Part shown: positions 1-10,141 of the stretch, in pieces
How the letters are laid out: each line of letters starts with the position of its first letter
Position numbering within the stretch: position 1 is the stretch's first letter
DNA from: Clostridia bacterium
Lineage (GTDB): Bacteria > Bacillota > Clostridia > Christensenellales > CAG-138
Direction of reading: 5' to 3'
NCBI GenBank assembly: GCA_036654235.1
Contig: JAVVSK010000004.1
Location: 21,259-85,258 of the forward strand
DNA: 64,000 nt
The notes under the pieces: generated by a model
Database searches by the model: none
Told to the model about the DNA's origin: nothing
What the model saw: the letters and a program-made list of their open reading frames with translations, nothing else
Position numbers and translations under genes: made by a program

Positions 1-1
1 A

Positions 2-211
2 CAGCGCGGAGGTGCACCAAGTGCGTTCGACCGCGTCCTCGGAACACGACTCGGCGTAAAGGCCGGCGAACTCGTCGTTAACGGAGAATATGGCAACATG
101 GTTGCCCTTAATGGAACGCGAATAGTAGCAGCCGACCTAGATAAAGCGGTAACCGAAAGAAAATGCGTAGATGCGGAATTTTACAATGCCGCCGCTTTGT
201 ATTTTAAATAA
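2..211 (+). CDS. pfkA: 6-phosphofructokinase, 3' end (partial at window edge)
   Basis: Frame 2 reads QRGGAPSAFDRVLGTRLGVKAGELV...YFK*, matching the PFK C-terminal QRGGxPxxxDR motif. Confidence 0.85.
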   Translation, partial: QRGGAPSAFDRVLGTRLGVKAGELVVNGEYGNMVALNGTRIVAADLDKAVTERKCVDAEFYNAAALYFK

Positions 212-307
212 AGCGCTAAATTTCCAAAAATAAATTACGCTAAACCACAGAGGTAGCGCTAACTTTTGTAATTTATGCCGAATATTTCTTTACTCGCGTT
301 TTAATAT

Positions 308-346
308 AAAACGTCTCGCCAACTTAAAGAGGAGGCGAGACGTTTT
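308..346. terminator. Bidirectional intrinsic terminator between convergent pfkA and hpf
   Basis: AAAACGTCTCGCC...GGCGAGACGTTTT inverted repeat with A and T flanks. Confidence 0.75.
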
Positions 347-409
347 GATAATTGAATCATCTTAAGTTACCGTTTCTTCACCGCGGCAACCGAATAAAAA
401 AATTAAAAA

Positions 410-946
410 TCAATCCGGTTCAATAAGACCATAGTTCCCGTCTTTTCTCAAATAAAGAACGTTCATTAGTCCCGTATTTCCATTAGTAAATACATAGAAA
501 GAATGCCCCAAAAGTTCAAGCTGCATCATTGCTTCGTCAACCGTCATAGGCTTAATATCAAAATGCTTTACCTTTACAACGCACTTTTCATCTTGCGCGG
601 TTTCCGCGTCGGAATTCTCATTGAAAATCGGCTCGCCATATTTAAACGCCCCGACTCTTAGGTTGCGTTCAAGCTTTGTACGGTGTTTCATTATCTGCCG
701 CTCAAGTTTTTTAAGCACACTATCGACAGACGCATACATATCACCAGTGACCTCCTCGGCACGGATAAGTCCGCCATCGTAAGGAATTGTTACTTCGACG
801 ATATGACGACCGCGTTCAACGGCAAGCGTTATATGCGCCTCAGTTTCTTCGGGGAAATACCTATCAAGTTTCCCAACTTTTTTTTCACAGATCTGTTGTA
901 AATAATCGGACACCTCAATGTTTTTCCCTGTAATCGAAATACGCAT
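410..946 (-). CDS. hpf: Long-form ribosome hibernation promoting factor (RaiA/HPF)
   Basis: MRISITGKNIEV...DMYASVD...KLERQ N-terminal domain plus C-terminal KPMTVDEAMMQLELLGHSF...DGNYGLIEP domain. Confidence 0.95.
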   Translation of the reverse strand: MRISITGKNIEVSDYLQQICEKKVGKLDRYFPEETEAHITLAVERGRHIVEVTIPYDGGLIRAEEVTGDMYASVDSVLKKLERQIMKHRTKLERNLRVGAFKYGEPIFNENSDAETAQDEKCVVKVKHFDIKPMTVDEAMMQLELLGHSFYVFTNGNTGLMNVLYLRKDGNYGLIEPD

Positions 947-996
947 GGTTATGCTCCTTTCGCGGCGCGCCTTTAGTTGCGCGTCTTTACTTTAAA

Positions 997-1026
997 TAAT
1001 TCTTAAATAAACCTCGATTTCCTGCC
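997..1026 (-). promoter_or_regulatory. Sigma-H-type promoter for hpf
   Basis: Minus strand GCAGGA-aatcgaggtttatttaa(17)-GAAT fits the sigma-H AGGA..GAAT consensus; hpf (yvyD) is sigma-H dependent in B. subtilis. Confidence 0.6.
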
Positions 1027-1236
1027 TTCTTAGATAGAAAAATAACAAAATCACAATCTTCACTTTTATTTCTAAATATTCTTAAAGAAAAGCTGTTTTT
1101 CTCAGCGCAGTAATCTAAAATTCAATTGATAATTTCTCGAAGGCTTTTAAAAACAAGGCTACTGTGTTAAAATAGTTATATTGATATCTAAATTGGCTTT
1201 TTAACAAGTTAAATAGTGAAGGGCGGCTTAATCTTT

Positions 1237-3801
1237 ATGGAAAAACTCATAGCGATAGATGGCAATAGTCTGATGCATAGAGCTTTTTATGCACTTCCTC
1301 CGATGATAACGCGCGAAGGAATTCCGACCGGAACGGTGTTTGGCTTTATAAGTATGCTATTCAGACTTTTGGATTATGAACCGACCCGCCTTCTTGTCGC
1401 ATTTGATACCCATGAGCCTACTTTTCGCCATAAAGAATATGACGGCTATAAGGCAGGTCGCCGCGAAACTCCGGACGATTTAAGAGCTCAGTTTCCTATA
1501 GTAAAAAAGCTTCTTATGGATATGGGTATTCGCGTTATTGAATGCCCCGGATTTGAGGCTGATGATATTTTAGGAACATTTTCGCGCATCGCTGCTGAAA
1601 AAGGTATCGAAACTATTCTCGTAACGGGAGATAAAGACGTTTTACAACTTATCGGAAAAAACGTAAAGGCATTGCTTACTAAAAAAGGAGTTACCGAAAC
1701 TCAGCTCTTTGACGTTGAAACCCTTAAAAATGAATATGCCCTTACGCCAGACCAAATGCGAGACTTAAAGGGTCTTATGGGAGATAACTCGGATAATTTA
1801 CCGGGAATAAAAGGTGTAGGTGAAAAAACCGCTTTAAAGTTACTTGAAAAATATAAAACTCTCGATGGCGTTTTAGCTAATGCAAGTAACGAAAAAGGCG
1901 CACTTCGCTTAAAGTTGGAAGAACCTAAAAACATTGAGACGGCACTCCTCAGTTATCGCCTTGGAACTATAAATACCAATGCTCCCGTAAAAGAAACCCT
2001 CGACGACTGTACTTTTGATAAGGGAAGTATAAAAAACGCAATTCCATACATGACGGAACTTGAACTTAAAAAGCTTATAGAGCGCATTCCAAAAACAGAA
2101 ACGAAAAATATTTCTTCCGAAATTATTGAGTCGGTTAAAACGACTTGGGTATCTGGGAAGGCTGATATTTTACGCATTGCAGAGATAATAGCAAAAGAAA
2201 AGGTGGCGGCGATATTCTTTTCGGATTCAATAACTATAGCCTTCAAAAAAAATGAACAATACGCGATAAAGCTTTCGTCAACGCCTCTCGAAACTGACGA
2301 CGGAACGCCTATTTTTGAAACTATCCGCGCACTGCGACCTTTTTTTGAGAGCGAGGTTAAAAAGGTCGTTTTCGACGCTAAATCAATTTTGCACAAGCTT
2401 AAAGAATATGATATTAATATTAGTAATATAGTATTTGACACAATGATAGCTGACTATATATTAAACGCTACGCAATCCGTAAACTCGCTTTCTGATCTGA
2501 TGAAAGAAAGGAATGTCATCGGAAATGCAGATGCTTCTGCTATCCTTTCTATTGCTACAGCTATGCGAGAGGAACTTAAAGATAAAAACCTCGATATTCT
2601 ATACGATGAAATTGAGCACCCTCTAATATTTGTTCTATATTCTATGGAGGAGCAGGGATTTTTCATGGATAGAAGCGTTTTAGATGCCTTATCTCTAACT
2701 TTCGCCGATAAAAAAGAGCAATTGGCTAAAAAGATATACGCTCTTGCTGGTGAAGAATTCAATATACTTTCGACAAAACAGCTTGGGGTTATTCTCTTTG
2801 AAAAGCTAGGGCTGCCTCACGGGAGAAAGACGAAAACGGGCTATTCAACAGATGCTGATGTTTTAGATTCGCTCAGCGATAAACATGAAATATTGCCATT
2901 AATAACAAACTACCGTTTTATAACTAAGCTAAAAAGCACCTTTGTTGACGGGCTTTTACCTCTCATAGGAATAGACGGAAAGGTGCATACAACCCTTAAT
3001 CAAACGGTTACGGCGACGGGACGAATATCAAGTACCGAACCCAATCTCCAAAATATACCCGTTCGTACTGAACTTGGGCATAAAATTCGCCGCGCATTTA
3101 TCGCCAGCCCCGGTAATTTCCTTATAGATGCAGATTATTCTCAAATAGAGCTTAGAGTACTTGCACATATCAGCGGAGACGTAGGAATGATAAAGGCTTT
3201 TAAAGACGGTGCGGATATTCATGCGCGAACGGCTGCTGAAGTTTTCGATACCGACGAGGTGACGAAAGAACAGCGCACTGCGGCAAAAGCCGTTAACTTC
3301 GGAATTGTTTACGGGATAAGTGACTTTGGTCTCGCAAAGAACTTAGGTGTTTCAAGAGCACGCGCTGGTGAATATATAACGCGCTATTTAGAACGTTTTT
3401 CCGGGGTTAGAAGCTATATGAAAGAGAGCGTTGAAACCGCAAAGCGTTTAGGCTATGCAGCAACACTAATGGGTAGGCAACGCGCGCTTCCCGAGATAAA
3501 CTCCTCTAATTTCCATTCGCGCTCTTTTGGCGAACGCGTCGCAATGAATATGCCTATACAGGGTACGGCTGCTGATATTATAAAGCTCGCTATGGTTAAG
3601 GTTAATGAAAGGTTGCGAGAAGGCGGCTTTAAGGCAAAGCTGATTTTACAGATTCATGATGAACTTATTATAGATACACCCTCAAACGAAGTTGACGAAG
3701 TATCTCAAATATTAAAGGAATGCATGGAAAACGTCGTCAAGCTCTCTGTGCCTATAATTGCGGACGTAGGCATAGGGACAAGTTGGTTTGACGCAAAATA
3801 G
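1237..3801 (+). CDS. polA: DNA polymerase I
   Basis: 5'-3' exonuclease start (IDGNSLMHRAFYALP), TATGRISSTEPNLQNIP, motif A DADYSQIELR, motif B KAVNFGIVYG, motif C QIHDEL. Start placed at ATG 1237. Confidence 0.97.
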   Translation: MEKLIAIDGNSLMHRAFYALPPMITREGIPTGTVFGFISMLFRLLDYEPTRLLVAFDTHEPTFRHKEYDGYKAGRRETPDDLRAQFPIVKKLLMDMGIRVIECPGFEADDILGTFSRIAAEKGIETILVTGDKDVLQLIGKNVKALLTKKGVTETQLFDVETLKNEYALTPDQMRDLKGLMGDNSDNLPGIKGVGEKTALKLLEKYKTLDGVLANASNEKGALRLKLEEPKNIETALLSYRLGTINTNAPVKETLDDCTFDKGSIKNAIPYMTELELKKLIERIPKTETKNISSEIIESVKTTWVSGKADILRIAEIIAKEKVAAIFFSDSITIAFKKNEQYAIKLSSTPLETDDGTPIFETIRALRPFFESEVKKVVFDAKSILHKLKEYDINISNIVFDTMIADYILNATQSVNSLSDLMKERNVIGNADASAILSIATAMREELKDKNLDILYDEIEHPLIFVLYSMEEQGFFMDRSVLDALSLTFADKKEQLAKKIYALAGEEFNILSTKQLGVILFEKLGLPHGRKTKTGYSTDADVLDSLSDKHEILPLITNYRFITKLKSTFVDGLLPLIGIDGKVHTTLNQTVTATGRISSTEPNLQNIPVRTELGHKIRRAFIASPGNFLIDADYSQIELRVLAHISGDVGMIKAFKDGADIHARTAAEVFDTDEVTKEQRTAAKAVNFGIVYGISDFGLAKNLGVSRARAGEYITRYLERFSGVRSYMKESVETAKRLGYAATLMGRQRALPEINSSNFHSRSFGERVAMNMPIQGTAADIIKLAMVKVNERLREGGFKAKLILQIHDELIIDTPSNEVDEVSQILKECMENVVKLSVPIIADVGIGTSWFDAK

Positions 3802-3811
3802 AGGGCTAAAA

Positions 3812-4411
3812 ATGAAAATGATAGGATTAACGGGTGGAATAGGCGCGGGTAAAACGACCGTTGCGCGTCGTCTCGCGGCTCTCGGCGCTGAGATTATATC
3901 GGCTGACGAAATTTCGCGCACGGCGCTTTTTCCAAATTCGCCTTGTATAGATAAAATATACACGGTTTTTGGTGAAACAGTATTTTCAAGCGATGGCGTT
4001 ATTGACCGAAAAAAACTTTCGGGCATAGTATTTAACGATAAAGATGCCCTCAATAAGCTGAATTCTATTATGCATCCCTATATAATAGGCGAAATGAAGG
4101 ATATAGCTTTTGAGCGTAAAAAAAGCGGAACATCCGAAATTTTGCTCTTTGATGTACCTCTTCTTATCGAAACCGGGTTTCATGAATTTGTTGATGAGGT
4201 CTGGGTCGTAGACGCACCAATGGAGCTTAAAATTAAAAGGGTTATGGAGCGAGACTTCTGTTCAAGAGAAGACGTTTTATGCCGTATGAATGCACAGATG
4301 AGTGACGATAAAAAAAACGCTTTTGCTACAAATATAATTATGAACTGCGGAGATATGGAGACGCTATACGCTGTCGTTGACGAATTATATGCCGTCGCCA
4401 TTAAAAAATAA
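3812..4411 (+). CDS. coaE: Dephospho-CoA kinase
   Basis: IGLTGGIGAGKT Walker A, DVPLLIE, directly after polA. Confidence 0.95.
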   Translation: MKMIGLTGGIGAGKTTVARRLAALGAEIISADEISRTALFPNSPCIDKIYTVFGETVFSSDGVIDRKKLSGIVFNDKDALNKLNSIMHPYIIGEMKDIAFERKKSGTSEILLFDVPLLIETGFHEFVDEVWVVDAPMELKIKRVMERDFCSREDVLCRMNAQMSDDKKNAFATNIIMNCGDMETLYAVVDELYAVAIKK

Positions 4412-4412
4412 A

Positions 4413-6023
4413 ATGAAAAATAGATTCCTTATTGTCTGTATTGCTATGCTTTTAGTTTTCGCTCTTCTTACTTCCTCCTGCGGAATGAGACACGAAAATA
4501 ATCCAACCCCATCACCTACCTTATCACCAACGCCAATTCCAACCCCAAAGCCCGGTGGTGAGCTTAAATTTCCTATGCCCGAAAACGCGAATATAACGAA
4601 TCCGCTAACGGTTAACACCGAAGAGCTTATGCTTATGTTTTCTATGGTGTTTGAAAGTCTTATTCGTCTCGACGGTTCCAATAAGCCCGTTTCATCTCTA
4701 GCTGAAAGTTGGAACATCGATAGTGAAACGGGTAAGACCTTTACGATAAAACTAAGAAGTAATGTATATTTTCATGGGAGTAGTGCGCTCTTAAAGGCGG
4801 ATGACGTTGTTTATACGATAGATAAAATAAAAGAGCTTGGATCTGACAGCTATTACGCCTACAATGTTAGCCTTATAGAATCCGCCTCCGCGATCAATGA
4901 TACAACGCTTAAAATAACAATGAAAGTCCCGGGGATATCTTCGTTGTATCTTTTTACGTTTCCTATAATTAAAACCGATGCAGATCTTACGGCAACGCCT
5001 ATCGGAACAGGTGCGTATGAAGTACAAAGCGCTACTGGTACTCAGGTTTTACTCAGAGCCAACCCAAAATGGTGGAAACAAGCGCCATATATAACAAACA
5101 TAGCGTTTATACCTAAGCTAAATAATGAAACAGCAATCGCTTCATATGAGGCTGGTCAGCTCAACTTTGTGCCTACCTCTGTACTTTCGATCGGACGATA
5201 TAGAGAGGATGGCGTTACGAATATTGCCGACCTCATGACGCAAAATGTTGAGCTTATGCTTTTCAACTCAAACAATGCCGCCCTTTCCGATATAGCCGTT
5301 AGAAAGGCGTTAGCTTACGCTATAGACAGGAGTTCCGTTATATCGAATACTTATATGAACAGGGCTCAAACGTCGGATGTACCTATAGCGCCAGATTCGT
5401 TTTTATACGACAGTAAATCAATGATTTTTGAACATAATTCGGAATATGCCGCTAAACTCTTGAAAGAGGCGGGTTATAGCGATACAAACGGCGACGGCAT
5501 ACTCGAAAAAGGTGCTGTTACGCTTTCTTTTAACCTTCTCGTTAACGATACGATAGATAGTTCAGCACGAAAAAACGCTGCCGATGCATATGCTGAGCAA
5601 CTTAAAAAGTGTGGCATATTGATAACCGTTGTAACCGCCGAATATTCTCTCGCGTCAGTCGAAGAGACAAAATATATAACAATGCTTAAAAACGGGGAAT
5701 TTGATATCGCTCTTATCGGTGTTAACCTTCCACAAAATTTTGATCTCTCAGCGCTTCTCTCGGAAACGGGAGAGCGAAATTACGGAAAAATGTACGATGC
5801 TGAACTTTACGCTAAGGCTGTCTCCATTACCGCCGCCGTCGGCGAAGCTGAAAGCCGCATTGCTTCTTCGGAATTTTCTTCATGTTTCATTGAAAAACTT
5901 CCATTTTTAACTCTATATTTCAGACTCAACAGTATAATTTATACAGCAAAGTTGCAGGGGCTTTTTGACATGCGCGAACCCGATATTACGCGCAATGTCG
6001 AAAAATGGTGGTTCCTTGACTAA
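4413..6023 (+). CDS. Family 5 (peptide/nickel-type) ABC substrate-binding lipoprotein
   Basis: Lipobox-like LTSSC, Pro/Thr linker, SLAESW, PIGTGAY, VRKALAYAIDR, AKLLKEAGY motifs. Confidence 0.85.
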   Translation: MKNRFLIVCIAMLLVFALLTSSCGMRHENNPTPSPTLSPTPIPTPKPGGELKFPMPENANITNPLTVNTEELMLMFSMVFESLIRLDGSNKPVSSLAESWNIDSETGKTFTIKLRSNVYFHGSSALLKADDVVYTIDKIKELGSDSYYAYNVSLIESASAINDTTLKITMKVPGISSLYLFTFPIIKTDADLTATPIGTGAYEVQSATGTQVLLRANPKWWKQAPYITNIAFIPKLNNETAIASYEAGQLNFVPTSVLSIGRYREDGVTNIADLMTQNVELMLFNSNNAALSDIAVRKALAYAIDRSSVISNTYMNRAQTSDVPIAPDSFLYDSKSMIFEHNSEYAAKLLKEAGYSDTNGDGILEKGAVTLSFNLLVNDTIDSSARKNAADAYAEQLKKCGILITVVTAEYSLASVEETKYITMLKNGEFDIALIGVNLPQNFDLSALLSETGERNYGKMYDAELYAKAVSITAAVGEAESRIASSEFSSCFIEKLPFLTLYFRLNSIIYTAKLQGLFDMREPDITRNVEKWWFLD

Positions 6024-6074
6024 ACTCGGAAATTCCGTTAGAATTATACAGTATTTTATTTTTTTGGAGGTAAT

Positions 6075-6596
6075 ATGCCTTTTATAATTGGAGCTTTGGT
6101 TCTTGTTATAGACCAAATCTCAAAACTTTTATGCGCCAACTGGCTGCCCACGCTTACAAATAGCACTTATCCTATAATACAAAATGTTTTGCACCTCACC
6201 TATGTTGAAAATAGCGGAGCAGCATTTGGGCTTTTGCAAAATGCGCAGTTGTTCTTCTTTATAATGACGATTCTCCTTTGTAGTTTGATTATGTGGTTTT
6301 TAGTAAATTACTACAATAAACTCCATACGCTTTTAAAAATTTCAATCATATTGATACTTGCGGGGGCACTTGGCAACTTCATAGATAGAATTGGTCTGGG
6401 TTATGTGCGCGATATGATTGATTTTAGACTTATAAATTTTTATGTATTTAACGTTGCTGATGCCTCGCTCACAATAGGAGTTACTCTCACGATAATAGAT
6501 ATCTTATTTTTAAAGGGCGGTAAGCTTTTAGCTGAGTTTGAAGAGACCGCTAAAGAAAAAAGGCTGGCGAGAAAGCAAAGTAAGAAGCATGAGTGA
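6075..6596 (+). CDS. lspA: Lipoprotein signal peptidase II
   Basis: DQISK, NSGAAFG, GALGNFIDR, VRDMIDF, FNVADA motifs. Confidence 0.95.
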   Translation: MPFIIGALVLVIDQISKLLCANWLPTLTNSTYPIIQNVLHLTYVENSGAAFGLLQNAQLFFFIMTILLCSLIMWFLVNYYNKLHTLLKISIILILAGALGNFIDRIGLGYVRDMIDFRLINFYVFNVADASLTIGVTLTIIDILFLKGGKLLAEFEETAKEKRLARKQSKKHE

Positions 6597-7521
6597 ATCA
6601 GAAGAATGCGACATAATTGAGGTTACCGCCGAGCTTTCCGGCGAAAGACTTGATTCTTTTTGTGCGCGAGTTTTCCCATATTCCAGATCGCGCTTCGCTA
6701 AGCTTATAGAAAACGGCAGTGTTTTACTTAACAGCGCTCCCTCAAAAGTCAATGTAAAAATAAAAAAAGGCGATATAGTTTTATTAAATTTGCCTAAAAT
6801 CGAGGTAACTAATATCGTCCCCGAGAATATCCCGCTCGACGTTGTCTATGAGGATTTTGATATTGCGGTCATAAATAAGGAAAAAGGAATGGTCGTTCAT
6901 CCCGCCCCGGGACATTATACGGGAACACTCGTAAACGCAATAATGTACCGCATAACTGATCTCTCGGGTATTGGTGGAGAGCTTCGTCCCGGTATCGTTC
7001 ATAGGATTGACAGATTTACTTCGGGTCTTTTAGTTATAGCTAAAAACGATTTTGCGCATAATTTTCTATCGGAGCAATTAAAAACGCATTCGATAGAACG
7101 TGATTATTATGCTCTCGTAACGGGTAATATAAAAGAGGATAATGGTTCTATAGACGCACCGATAGGAAGACACCCCCGTGACAGAAAAAAAATGACCGTT
7201 TTAAAGGACGGTGGACGCGAAGCGGTTACACATTTTAAAGTTTTAAAACGCTTTATTTCTTATACGCTTCTCGATGTTTCACTTGAAACGGGGCGCACAC
7301 ATCAGATACGCGTACATATGGCTTATATCAATCACCCTATAGTCGGCGACGACGTTTATGGCTCTTTAAGCAATAAACTACATATAGAGGGTCAGGCACT
7401 TCATGCACATAGGCTTTCTCTCGTGCATCCCCGAACGGGAAAACGTATTGAATTTTCAGCTCCAATGCCTCAATATTTTTCAGATATCCTTATAAAGCTT
7501 GAACGCGAAACGAAAGTTTAA
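6589..7521 (+). CDS. RluA/RluD-family pseudouridine synthase with S4 domain
   Basis: GIVHRIDRFTSGL catalytic motif, LETGRTHQIRVHM, N-terminal S4 (RLDSF). Confidence 0.93.
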   Translation: MSESEECDIIEVTAELSGERLDSFCARVFPYSRSRFAKLIENGSVLLNSAPSKVNVKIKKGDIVLLNLPKIEVTNIVPENIPLDVVYEDFDIAVINKEKGMVVHPAPGHYTGTLVNAIMYRITDLSGIGGELRPGIVHRIDRFTSGLLVIAKNDFAHNFLSEQLKTHSIERDYYALVTGNIKEDNGSIDAPIGRHPRDRKKMTVLKDGGREAVTHFKVLKRFISYTLLDVSLETGRTHQIRVHMAYINHPIVGDDVYGSLSNKLHIEGQALHAHRLSLVHPRTGKRIEFSAPMPQYFSDILIKLERETKV

Positions 7522-7757
7522 ATTTCATCGTATTTTCTATAGTTCAATCATTTATTACTTTCATTTTTTTCGTTTTTAATAAATCAATTTTATAATTGTT
7601 TTATTAAAACAGACGGTGGATGCGGCTGTTTTCTATTTACCTACTACTAAGTTGCCGCTATAAGAATTTTGATTTCTGATTTTTTCAATCTATCAATTGT
7701 AAAATGCATTCGGTAGCGTTATAATTGAGCTACAAACAATTTTTTGGGAGGCATTTT

Positions 7758-8798
7758 ATGCAAAGCATGATGGATGCACTTGTAAAAGAAGCGCCCGGTA
7801 AAGGGCTAACTCTAAAAAAGGTTCCCGTACCGCAGGTCGGTGTCGGACAAGTACTTATAAAAATTAAAAAAACCGCTATTTGCGGCACGGATGTTCACAT
7901 TTACAATTGGGATTCATGGAGTCAGCAAAATCTAAAGCCGCCTGTTACAATAGGACATGAATATGTCGGCGAGATTGCCGCCATTGGCGATGGTGTACAT
8001 GGTTACGAAGTCGGTCAGCGCGTAAGCGGTGAAGGTCATATCGTTTGCGGTCATTGCAGAAACTGCCGTTCTGGTAATGGACAGTGGTGCAAAGATACCT
8101 ATGGCGTCGGAGTTAATCGCGACGGTGCATTCGCTGAGTACCTTTGTATTCCGGCTACTAACGTTGTTTCTGTTCCCAGCGCGATACCCGACGACTGGGT
8201 ATCTTTCTTTGATGCATACGGAAACGCAACGCATACGGCTCTTATGTTCGACGTCGTTGGCGAGGACGTTTTGATAACCGGTGCCGGTCCTATCGGTATG
8301 ATGGCTGCCGGAATTTGCAGACATAATGGCGCAAGGCGCGTTGTTATAACGGATGTAAATGATTATCGTCTTGAACTCGCTAAAACTATGGGAGCAACGG
8401 CAACTGTTAACGTAACGAAACAGAAGCTCGAAGACGTTATGGGAGCGCAAAATATAACAGAGGGCTTCGATGTTGGTCTTGAAATGAGCGGCAATGGCTC
8501 GGCTCTTGTTCAAATGCTTCAAAAAATGAGGAACGGCGGTAAAGTTGCGCTTCTTGGAATAGCTGGTCCCGGAACCGTTATCGATTGGAACGACGTTATA
8601 TTTAAGGGGCTTACGCTTCAGGGCATATATGGGCGCAAGATGTTTGAAACATGGTATAAGATGGGCGCAATGATAGAAGCCGGATTTGATCTTTCCCCCA
8701 TGGTAACACATAGATTCGATTATCACGACTTTGAAAAGGGATTTGCCGCTATGAACAGCGGAGAATCCGGCAAGGTTGTTCTAACTTGGTCTAAATAA
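7758..8798 (+). CDS. tdh: L-threonine 3-dehydrogenase
   Basis: [25 protein letters not shown] Zn sites, [14 protein letters not shown]; adjacent to kbl. Confidence 0.96.
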   Translation: MQSMMDALVKEAPGKGLTLKKVPVPQVGVGQVLIKIKKTAICGTDVHIYNWDSWSQQNLKPPVTIGHEYVGEIAAIGDGVHGYEVGQRVSGEGHIVCGHCRNCRSGNGQWCKDTYGVGVNRDGAFAEYLCIPATNVVSVPSAIPDDWVSFFDAYGNATHTALMFDVVGEDVLITGAGPIGMMAAGICRHNGARRVVITDVNDYRLELAKTMGATATVNVTKQKLEDVMGAQNITEGFDVGLEMSGNGSALVQMLQKMRNGGKVALLGIAGPGTVIDWNDVIFKGLTLQGIYGRKMFETWYKMGAMIEAGFDLSPMVTHRFDYHDFEKGFAAMNSGESGKVVLTWSK

Positions 8799-8825
8799 AT
8801 TTTATATGATTAAAGGAGAATAAAA

Positions 8826-10007
8826 ATGAAACAGGCATATGGTATTTTTCAAAATGAGCTTCAGGATATAAAAGACTCAGGAACATATAAAGACGAACGC
8901 ATTATAACGACACCGCAAAAGGCACGTATCGACACAACAGAAACCAGGGACGTACTTAACATGTGCGCGAACAACTATCTTGGACTTTCAAATCATCCGG
9001 CGCTTATCGAAGCCGCGAAAAAAAGCTACGACGAATGGGGCTTCGGGCTTTCGTCTGTACGCTTTATTTGCGGAACGCAACAGATTCATAAGACTCTTGA
9101 ACGTAAGATATCCGACTTTTTGGGAATGGACGATGCTATTCTCTATTCCTCTTGCTTCGATGCAAACGGCGGCTTATTTGAAACGCTCCTCGGCGCGGAA
9201 GACGCTATAATTTCGGACGAGTTAAACCATGCGAGTATTATAGATGGCGTCCGCCTTTCAAAGGCAAAACGTTTCCGCTATAAGAACAACAATATGGATG
9301 ACCTTAGGATTCAGCTTGAATCCGCGAAGGACGCGAAAATTAAGCTCATAGCAACGGACGGCGTTTTCTCGATGGATGGTTTTATAGCAAACCTCAGCGG
9401 AATTTGCGACCTTGCTGATGAATACGGCGCTCTCGTAATGGTAGACGATAGCCACGCGGTCGGATTTATGGGTGCGCATGGTAAGGGTACTCCGGAGCAT
9501 TGCGGAGTTATGGGTCGTGTTGATATAATTACGGGAACTCTCGGTAAGGCTCTCGGCGGAGCATCCGGCGGATATACCGCCGCAAGACAGGAGATAATCG
9601 ACCTTCTTCGCCAGCGCTCACGTCCATATCTTTTTTCTAATACACTCGCCCCGGCAATATGCGCCGCATCTATAAAAGTTTTTGATATGTTGACCGAGAG
9701 TACGGCTCTTCGCGACAAGGTTCATGCGAATACGACTTATTTCCGTGACCAGCTTGGAAAAATCGGTTTTGACGTTCCCGAAAGCACTCATCCCATCGTC
9801 CCCGTTATGCTCTATGACGCTAAGGTCGCTCAAGAATTTGCTAAACGCATGCTTAAAAAAGGCGTATATGTCGTCGGTTTCTTCTATCCGGTCGTTCCAC
9901 AGAACAAGGCGCGTATCAGAACTCAGGTCAGCGCAGGTCATTCAAAAGAAGATCTTGATTTTGCAGTACGTTGCTTTAAAGAAGTAAAAGAAGAAATGTG
10001 CATTTAA
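8826..10007 (+). CDS. kbl: Glycine C-acetyltransferase (2-amino-3-ketobutyrate CoA ligase)
   Basis: [22 protein letters not shown] lysine in [21 protein letters not shown]. Confidence 0.96.
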   Translation: MKQAYGIFQNELQDIKDSGTYKDERIITTPQKARIDTTETRDVLNMCANNYLGLSNHPALIEAAKKSYDEWGFGLSSVRFICGTQQIHKTLERKISDFLGMDDAILYSSCFDANGGLFETLLGAEDAIISDELNHASIIDGVRLSKAKRFRYKNNNMDDLRIQLESAKDAKIKLIATDGVFSMDGFIANLSGICDLADEYGALVMVDDSHAVGFMGAHGKGTPEHCGVMGRVDIITGTLGKALGGASGGYTAARQEIIDLLRQRSRPYLFSNTLAPAICAASIKVFDMLTESTALRDKVHANTTYFRDQLGKIGFDVPESTHPIVPVMLYDAKVAQEFAKRMLKKGVYVVGFFYPVVPQNKARIRTQVSAGHSKEDLDFAVRCFKEVKEEMCI

Positions 10008-10059
10008 CCTTTTAATCTCTATTTTTTTGGTTTTATTAAAGTACTAAAATAATGTTTAT

Positions 10060-10102
10060 GAAACGCCGATTTCTGATTTTTTAGGAATCGGCGTTTCTTT
10101 TT
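10060..10102. terminator. Intrinsic terminator after kbl
   Basis: GAAACGCCGATT...AATCGGCGTTTC followed by a T run. Confidence 0.75.
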
Positions 10103-10141
10103 ATCGAAACTTAAAGGATACTAGATTATATTGCGGCACAT

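Noticed and set aside
7560-7757. Glycine riboswitch or T-box upstream of tdh-kbl
   Set aside because: No glycine aptamer or T-box consensus seen; only a small hairpin at about 7607-7632 that fits a terminator.
7932-8726. 264-aa antisense ORF over tdh
   Set aside because: Mirror frame of a highly biased gene with no recognisable motifs.
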